Shown here one piece after another: positions 1 through 5,667 of a DNA stretch of 9,497 bases. Source of the stretch: an uncultured archaeon (GTDB taxonomy: Archaea; Iainarchaeota; Iainarchaeia; Iainarchaeales; CSSED10-239); the NCBI GenBank assembly GCA_964468895.1, contig CAYXWT010000014.1, forward strand, positions 1-9,497. The letters are read 5' to 3'. Under the pieces are notes generated by a model. The model saw only the letters and a list, made by a program, of their open reading frames with translations. It was not told the origin of the DNA and made no database searches. Each line of letters opens with the position of its first letter. Positions within the stretch are counted from its first letter, which is position 1. The position numbers and the translations under genes were made by a program.

Positions 1-26
1 TTTATTACCAAAAAAAATGAAATTAT

Positions 27-1547
27 ATGGAATTTAAACAGACTAAAAAACAACAAAATAAAGATCTTAGATATTCTATTTTAGATGGAATAAATTGGTC
101 TGTGATGTATTATTTATTAACTACATTTCTAACACCTTATATTATATTTCTTGGTGCTAGTAGTTTAGAGGTTGGTTTAATTGAAGGTTTGCCTATTTTT
201 ATAGCTTCTTTTTTTAGTTTAATTTCATTTTCTATTTTAAAAAAATTTAATTCTAAAAAAGGATTGGTCACACTTTTTTGTTTTATTCAAGGTTTTATTT
301 GTATTTTTATTGGTGTTGCTCATTATTTTTTTCAAAATACTTTATTAATATGGATAATTATATTGTTATTTATTGTATATAATATTTGTGTGTATATTGC
401 TCACCCAATTTATATAGATTGGATGAGTCATGTTTTTAATTTAAAAAAAATGGGTTCTTTTCAATCTAGAAAAGATGTTTTTGTACAATTATTTTCTATA
501 TTGCCATTAATATTAGGTGCTATATTATTAGATACTTTAGGCAAGGGTTCTGATTTTAATTCAAATGTAATATTTGGTTTTATTATTATTTTTATAGTTG
601 CAGGAATATTTAGATTTATTTCTACTTATTATATAAACAAGATAAGTAAAACAGAAGATAAAGAAAATATTAAACAAGAAGAATTAAAATATAATGAACC
701 TTTATTTTCTGTATTTAAAAGTGAAATATTAAAAGATCATTCTTTCAGATATTTTTTAATAGTTATTGTTTTGGTTTTCTTTAGTTTGTATGTATCTGGA
801 CCTTTTAACAAATATTATTTAATTAAAATATTATCTTTTAGTTATATTAAATATATTTTGCTAATTATTTTTAATATTGTTGGTGCAGCTTTTAGTTTGT
901 TATATTGGGGTAAAATCTGTGATCAATATGGTGTTAAAAAAATATTAAAATCAACTTTGCTTTTTATTTCATTTTTCCCTGTACTTTTAGTTTTATTTTC
1001 TAAATCTTTTGTTTTATTGTCTTTATTATTTTTCTTTGATGGAATGGTTTATTCTGGTTTTTTAATTTCTATAAAAAATTATTTTTATCAAAATATTAAA
1101 AAAGATTTAATACATCACGTTTCTTTCTTTATTATATTTCAAGCATTTGCTATTTTTGCGGCAACAATGTTTGGTTCTTTTATAATTACTGAATTTACAA
1201 ATATTTTTGGTTATGAAAAATATGCAATTATAATGGTTTTTATAATTGGATCAATTCTTAGATTTATTAGTTATTTATTTGCAAAAAACATAAAAGATCA
1301 AAGAAGAAGAAAGATTGATTTAATTAAAAATATTTTATTATATGTTCCTTTAAGATTTGGTTTAAGTAAATTAAGTCATTTCGCAATTCATGAACGAAGA
1401 ATTGTTGCTAAAAAAATTGTTGAAGAAGAAAAAGATATTAAAAAATATGTTGTAAAAGAAGAACGTATTTTTAAAAATTATGTTAAAAATAACATGTTAA
1501 AAACTAAAAAATCTATAATAAAAGCTCAAAAACATAAGAAATCATAG
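27..1547 (+). CDS. Major facilitator superfamily (MFS)-type membrane transporter, substrate unknown, with a charged cytoplasmic C-terminal tail of about 85 aa
   Basis: A 506-aa ORF stays open in a very stop-prone AT-rich background. It shows about 6+6 hydrophobic segments split by a charged central loop (KTEDKENIKQEELKYNE). An MFS motif-A-like G-x3-D-x2-G-x-K-K (GKICDQYGVKK, nt 909-941) sits in the loop after the second helix of the C-terminal half, with a weaker counterpart (KKFNSKKG) in the N-terminal half. The ORF ends in TAG. No specific family is recognised. Confidence 0.6.
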   Translation: MEFKQTKKQQNKDLRYSILDGINWSVMYYLLTTFLTPYIIFLGASSLEVGLIEGLPIFIASFFSLISFSILKKFNSKKGLVTLFCFIQGFICIFIGVAHYFFQNTLLIWIIILLFIVYNICVYIAHPIYIDWMSHVFNLKKMGSFQSRKDVFVQLFSILPLILGAILLDTLGKGSDFNSNVIFGFIIIFIVAGIFRFISTYYINKISKTEDKENIKQEELKYNEPLFSVFKSEILKDHSFRYFLIVIVLVFFSLYVSGPFNKYYLIKILSFSYIKYILLIIFNIVGAAFSLLYWGKICDQYGVKKILKSTLLFISFFPVLLVLFSKSFVLLSLLFFFDGMVYSGFLISIKNYFYQNIKKDLIHHVSFFIIFQAFAIFAATMFGSFIITEFTNIFGYEKYAIIMVFIIGSILRFISYLFAKNIKDQRRRKIDLIKNILLYVPLRFGLSKLSHFAIHERRIVAKKIVEEEKDIKKYVVKEERIFKNYVKNNMLKTKKSIIKAQKHKKS

Positions 1548-1707
1548 GTTTTAAAACATAGGTTTATATAGATTGTGTAGGTTAGATATTATATGCTCCT
1601 ACTTATCTCTGTATATCTATATTTACCTTTATTATTTTTTATCTTGAATTTAGTTGGAAATTTTTCTAATTATAACTATTTACTAAATTCTGCTAGTAGC
1701 GATCAAA

Positions 1708-1716
1708 TTTTTTTTT
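1708..1716 (+). terminator. Candidate archaeal oligo-T terminator (T9 tract) for the upstream transporter transcript
   Basis: An uninterrupted run of nine T lies 161 nt downstream of the transporter stop. Archaeal RNAP terminates intrinsically at oligo-T tracts. T-runs are common in this composition, so specificity is low. Confidence 0.25.
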
Positions 1717-1744
1717 ATTTAAAATAATTATAAGTATATTTTAA

Positions 1745-1752
1745 TTTATATT
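1745..1752 (+). promoter_or_regulatory. Candidate TATA box (TTTATATT) for the RNAP operon promoter
   Basis: This is a close match to the archaeal TATA consensus TTTAWATA in the spacer upstream of rpoH. It lies about 80 nt before the proposed start and would give a leadered transcript carrying the GGTG ribosome-binding site. Several other A/T octamers in 1715-1815 are equally plausible, so this call is tentative. Confidence 0.25.
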
Positions 1753-1820
1753 ATAATTTCAGTAATAATTTAAAACTAAATTTTAAAAAAATAAGTCTTA
1801 AAAAAAAAATTAAATAAATT

Positions 1821-1824
1821 GGTG
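1821..1824 (+). promoter_or_regulatory. Shine-Dalgarno-like GGTG serving a TTG start at 1831 (rpoH)
   Basis: GGTG is complementary to the archaeal 16S 3' end (..CACCUCC). It is followed by a 6-nt spacer (TTTATT) and then TTG. rpoA2 has the same architecture: GGTG at 8300-8303, a 6-nt spacer TTATTG, then ATG at 8310. Confidence 0.45.
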
Positions 1825-1830
1825 TTTATT

Positions 1831-2241
1831 TTGGGAAGAAAAAAAAAAGAAACAACTACTGATTCTAAAACTGAAAAGAAAATAATTTCTAAAAAACCAA
1901 CAGATAGTAAAAAAATTAAATTAGAAATTGTAAAACCTAAAAAAGTTACAAAGTCTGAAACTAAAGAAAAAGTTGTAAAAACTAGAAGACCTAAAAAAAG
2001 AGCTAGAAAAGTTAAAGATGAAGTTACTCACAAATATATACCTAAACAAATTATTTTAGATGAAGATGGTATTCAAGAACTTATTAATAAGAATATAAAT
2101 ATTGAAAAATTACCGTCTATAAGTATATCTGATTCTGGTATTCAACATTTAGAAGTAAATGCTGGAAATATTATTAAAATTTTTAGAAAAAATCCTCTAC
2201 TTGGAGAAATCATTTATTATAGAAGAATAGTTAAAGATTAA
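1831..2241 (+). CDS. rpoH: DNA-directed RNA polymerase subunit H (Rpo5/RpoH) with a non-canonical Lys-rich N-terminal extension
   Basis: The C-terminal ~72 aa (HKYIPKQIILDEDGIQELINKNINIEKLPSISISDSGIQHLEVNAGNIIKIFRKNPLLGEIIYYRRIV) match the RpoH / Rpb5 C-terminal-domain pattern (H-x-[LY]-[VI]-P-x-H/Q ... LP.I...D ... G..G[DN][IV][IV]KI.R.S...GE..YYR.V). The gene sits directly upstream of rpoB2, as in archaeal RNAP operons. The frame contains no ATG. In-frame starts are TTG 1819 (ORF-track start), GTG 1822 and TTG 1831, and 1831 is preferred because of the GGTG at 1821-1824. The stop is TAA. Confidence 0.85.
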   Translation: MGRKKKETTTDSKTEKKIISKKPTDSKKIKLEIVKPKKVTKSETKEKVVKTRRPKKRARKVKDEVTHKYIPKQIILDEDGIQELINKNINIEKLPSISISDSGIQHLEVNAGNIIKIFRKNPLLGEIIYYRRIVKD

Positions 2242-2266
2242 ATTTATTTTTAAAATTGAAAGAAAT

Positions 2267-2271
2267 GTGAT
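2267..2271 (+). promoter_or_regulatory. Shine-Dalgarno-like GTGAT upstream of rpoB2
   Basis: GTGAT matches the 3' part of the archaeal SD consensus GGAGGTGAT and lies 5 nt before the ATG at 2277. Confidence 0.35.
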
Positions 2272-2276
2272 ATTTT

Positions 2277-3743
2277 ATGAAAAACATAGATAAATGGCAA
2301 TTAATAAAATCTTATTATGAACAGGTTAGTCCAATTCAACAACAAATTGATTCTTTTAATCAGTTTATGGATGAAAAAATTCCTGAAATTGTTGATGAAA
2401 TTGGAGTTATAAAATCTAATAATGAAGTAGATGTTGTTTTATCAAATGTAGAAATTACTAATCCTAGAATTGTTGAAGCTGATAGAACTGCTAAACTAAC
2501 TTTAACTCCTATGGAAGCTAGACATAGAAATATGACTTACTCTGGAGCTATGCATGTAGATATTAAGTTGTATAGAAAAGGAGTTTTACAAGATGAAAAA
2601 AGAACTTATATTGGTAATGTTCCTATTTTGGTTAAATCTAAAAAATGTAACTTATATGGATTAAGTGCAGAAGAATTAATTGAAAAAGGAGAAGATCCTT
2701 TAGATATGGGTGGTTATTTAATTGTTAATGGTTCTGAGAAAGCACTTGTAACTCAAGAAGTTTTAGCTCTTGATAGAATTCTTGTAAGTAGTACTAGTGC
2801 AGGAGTTGTTAATTCACAAGTTATTTCTGTTAAAGGTGCGTTTAAAGGAAAAGTTAAAATTGCTAGAGCTCCAGATGGATTATTTACTGTTGTATTTCCT
2901 TCTTCACCTAGAAAATTATATTTAATTGAATTATTAAATGCTCTTGGTCTTATTAAATCTAATAAAATATTAGAATTATTTCCTACAGATCAAATTACTC
3001 AAAATGAAATTTTATTAAATTTAGATAAAGTTCCTTGTGTAAGTGAATCTGAAGCATTAGATAAAATTGGAAAATCTGTTGCTCCTTCTCAAACTGATAG
3101 TTATAGATTAAGAAGAGCTAAAGAAGTTATTGATTCATTTTTATTACCTCACATAGGTCAAGAATCTGAATTTAGAATTACTAAAGCATATTATTTAGTA
3201 ACTATGGCTGTTAAAGCTATAGAAAAAGCATATAATTTAAGAAAACAAGCAGATAAAGATCACTACGCAAACAAAAGATTAGAATTAAGTGGTAAATTAA
3301 TGGAACATCTTTTTAGATTTGCTTTTAAACATTTTACTAAAGATCTTAAGTTCCAAATTGATAGAACAATTACTAGACATAGAAAATTAAATATTAATAC
3401 TGTTATTAGACCAGATGCTATTACTGAAAGAATGATGTTTGCAGTTAGTACTGGTAATTGGATAGGTCAATTAACAGGTGTAAGTAAATATATGGATAGA
3501 GGAAATTATATTACTCCTTTAGCAGATCTTAGAAGAGTGAAATCATCTTTAGATAGTTCTAGAGAACTTTATGATGCACGTGATGTTCATGGTACTCATT
3601 GGGGTAGATTATGTCCTATTGAAACTCCTGATGGTCCTAATTGTGGTTTGTCTAAAAATTTAGCTTTAATGGCTAAGATAACTACTGATACAAGTCCTTC
3701 TAATATTTTAGATATTTTAAAGAAAAACAATATTAAATTATAA
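2277..3743 (+). CDS. rpoB2: DNA-directed RNA polymerase subunit B'' (Rpo2N, N-terminal half of the B subunit)
   Basis: The 488-aa product has an N-terminus typical of Rpb2/RpoB (QQQIDSFNQFMDEKIPEIV). It ends with the conserved GRLCPIETPDGPNCGLSKNLALMA block (canonical GR[IL]CP.ETPEGPNCGLVKNLALMA) just before the known B''/B' split point. The stop is TAA. Confidence 0.95.
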   Translation: MKNIDKWQLIKSYYEQVSPIQQQIDSFNQFMDEKIPEIVDEIGVIKSNNEVDVVLSNVEITNPRIVEADRTAKLTLTPMEARHRNMTYSGAMHVDIKLYRKGVLQDEKRTYIGNVPILVKSKKCNLYGLSAEELIEKGEDPLDMGGYLIVNGSEKALVTQEVLALDRILVSSTSAGVVNSQVISVKGAFKGKVKIARAPDGLFTVVFPSSPRKLYLIELLNALGLIKSNKILELFPTDQITQNEILLNLDKVPCVSESEALDKIGKSVAPSQTDSYRLRRAKEVIDSFLLPHIGQESEFRITKAYYLVTMAVKAIEKAYNLRKQADKDHYANKRLELSGKLMEHLFRFAFKHFTKDLKFQIDRTITRHRKLNINTVIRPDAITERMMFAVSTGNWIGQLTGVSKYMDRGNYITPLADLRRVKSSLDSSRELYDARDVHGTHWGRLCPIETPDGPNCGLSKNLALMAKITTDTSPSNILDILKKNNIKL

Positions 3744-3796
3744 AGTATAACTTGAAAATAAAAAAATAAATAAAAATAATTAAAGAAGTTGAAAAT

Positions 3797-5623
3797 ATGA
3801 CTAAAGGTTCAAATAAATGTAAAGTTTATGTTAATGGAAGTTTGGTAGGATTAAGTGAAAATCCTGAAAAATTAAAATTAGATTTAATTAACCAAAGAAG
3901 AGATGGTACTATTGATCCACAGATTAATATTGCTTATTTTAAAGGAACTAGTGAGATATATATCGGTACTGATGCTGGTAGAGTTCAGAGACCTTTGATT
4001 ATAGTAGAGCAAGGTAAATCTAAATTAACTGAAGAATTAATTAAAGATTTAAAAGATGAAAAAATAGATTGGTTTGATTTAGTTGTAAGAGGTATTATTG
4101 AATATATTGATGCTGAAGAAGAAGAAAATGCTTATGTTGCTTTAGATGAAAGTGAATTAACTCCTGATCATACACACTTAGAAATATCTGCAACTGCAAT
4201 TTTTAGTGTTGTAACTTCAATGGTTCCTTTTGTTGAACATAATCAGGCTGGTAAGGCAATTCATGGTGCTAAATTATTTAAACAAGCTACTGGTATATCT
4301 TCTACAAATTATAATTTAAGATTTGATACAGAAATGAATTTACTTTATTATCCTCAAAAACCTTTAGTAATTACTAGAACTGAAGAATTAGTAAATTTAG
4401 ATAAAAGACCTATGATACAAAATGCAGTTGTTGCTATTATGCCTTATAGAGGTTACAATATGGTTGATGCTTATGTAATTAATAAAGGCGCAATAGATAG
4501 AGCTTTTGGAAGATTATCATATTATAGATCTTATTCTGCTCAAGAAAGAAGATATCCTTCTGGTCAAAGTGATGAATTTACTGTTCCTACTGAAGATAGT
4601 ACTGGTTTTAAAGGAGAAGAAGAATATATTAATCTTGCAGCTGATGGTATAATTAATTTAGAATCTCATATAAATTTTGGAGGGGTTTTAATTGGTATGA
4701 CTTCACCACCAAGATTTGTAGAAGAAGTTAATGAGTTTGGTGTTATTAGTGAAGAGAGAAGAGATGCTTCTTTATGTGCCAGAAAACATTTAGAAGGGAA
4801 AGCAGATAAAGTTATGATTACTGAAACTTTAGATGGAACTAGACTTGCAAAAGTTAGAGTTAGAACTAACTTAGTTCCTCAAGTTGGAGATAAATTCACA
4901 TCACATCATGCTCAGAAAGGTGTTGTTGGTGGTGTTATTGCTGAAGAAGATTTACCTTTTACTAGCCAAGGAATTAAACCAGATATTATGTTAAACCCAC
5001 ACTCTATTCCTTCTAGAATGACTTTAGGACATTTATTTGAAACTGTTGCTGGAAAAGTTACAGCTTTAAGTGGTAAAAGTATAGATGGAACTCCATTTTA
5101 TAGTGATCAAGATTATATTGCAAAATTACTTAAATCTTATGGATTTAGAGCTGATGGTAAAGAAGTATTTTATGATGGTGTTACTGGTGAAAGAATAGAA
5201 ATGCCTATCTTTGTTGGACCTTTAGCTTATGAAAGATTATTAAGTCACTTTGTTGTAAATAGAATTCAAGCTAGAGATAAAGGACCTGTTCAATTATTAA
5301 CTAGACAACCTACTGAAGGTAAACAAAAAGGTGGTGGTCTAAGATTTGGTGAAATGGAAGGAGAAGCTTTAGTAGCTCATGGAGCTGCAATGACTCTTCA
5401 AGAAAAATTAATGGATAGTGCTGATGAAATTGAACTTTTAGTATGTGCTGATTGTGGAGTGCCTGCTGTTGAAGATAAAATTAGAAATAAAAAATATTGT
5501 CCATTATGTAATGGAAATAATATTGCTAAAATTAAAACTAGTTATGGTTTTAAAGTTCTACTTTATGAACTTATTTCAATGGGTATTTTCCCAAAAATTA
5601 ATATTGGTGAAAAAATAGATTAA
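3797..5623 (+). CDS. rpoB1: DNA-directed RNA polymerase subunit B' (Rpo2C, C-terminal half of the B subunit)
   Basis: The 608-aa product carries several RpoB/Rpb2 C-terminal blocks: GYNMVDA, TSPPRFVEE, GDKFTSHHAQKGV, PDIMLNPHSIPSRMTLGHLFE, GPVQLLTRQPTEGKQKGGGLRFGEMEGEAL. It also has the C-terminal Zn ribbon CADCG...CPLCNG. The gene follows rpoB2 after a 53-nt A-rich gap. Confidence 0.95.
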   Translation: MTKGSNKCKVYVNGSLVGLSENPEKLKLDLINQRRDGTIDPQINIAYFKGTSEIYIGTDAGRVQRPLIIVEQGKSKLTEELIKDLKDEKIDWFDLVVRGIIEYIDAEEEENAYVALDESELTPDHTHLEISATAIFSVVTSMVPFVEHNQAGKAIHGAKLFKQATGISSTNYNLRFDTEMNLLYYPQKPLVITRTEELVNLDKRPMIQNAVVAIMPYRGYNMVDAYVINKGAIDRAFGRLSYYRSYSAQERRYPSGQSDEFTVPTEDSTGFKGEEEYINLAADGIINLESHINFGGVLIGMTSPPRFVEEVNEFGVISEERRDASLCARKHLEGKADKVMITETLDGTRLAKVRVRTNLVPQVGDKFTSHHAQKGVVGGVIAEEDLPFTSQGIKPDIMLNPHSIPSRMTLGHLFETVAGKVTALSGKSIDGTPFYSDQDYIAKLLKSYGFRADGKEVFYDGVTGERIEMPIFVGPLAYERLLSHFVVNRIQARDKGPVQLLTRQPTEGKQKGGGLRFGEMEGEALVAHGAAMTLQEKLMDSADEIELLVCADCGVPAVEDKIRNKKYCPLCNGNNIAKIKTSYGFKVLLYELISMGIFPKINIGEKID

Positions 5624-5655
5624 ATTTTTTAAAAATTAAATGAAATTTATATTTT

Positions 5656-5662
5656 AGGGGAT
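5656..5662 (+). promoter_or_regulatory. Shine-Dalgarno-like AGGGGAT upstream of rpoA1
   Basis: This G-rich patch, in an otherwise A/T-only 44-nt gap, lies 5 nt before the ATG at 5668 and partly matches AGGTGAT. Confidence 0.4.
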
Positions 5663-5667
5663 TAAAT

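Noticed and set aside
17-37. A short upstream ATG ORF (MKLYGI, stop at 35-37) overlapping the transporter start
   Set aside because: It has only 6 codons, is out of frame with the main ORF and occurs in A/T-rich sequence where such mini-ORFs arise by chance. Too little upstream sequence is available to argue for a regulatory uORF.
1548-1818. The spacer was checked for tRNA or other structured RNA, CRISPR repeats, and IS or terminal inverted repeats
   Set aside because: It has no G+C-rich stems, no cloverleaf-compatible segments, no repeat-spacer periodicity and no inverted terminal repeats. Beyond the small ORF and TAGGTT repeats reported separately, it looks like ordinary promoter or terminator spacer DNA.
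3744-3796. The B''/B' junction was considered as a recent gene fission or pseudogenisation
   Set aside because: The split falls at the usual position just after the GLSKNLALMA block. Both halves have proper stop and start codons and intact motifs. The arrangement is the established ancestral state for lineages with split rpoB, not a lesion.
5623-5637. A near-palindrome AATTTTTTAAAAATT with a T6 tract just after the rpoB1 stop, considered as a possible internal terminator or operator
   Set aside because: It is not a perfect inverted repeat (off by one), is pure A/T low complexity and is too short to form a stable hairpin. rpoA1 follows 44 nt later with its own SD, which is consistent with read-through in a single operon.
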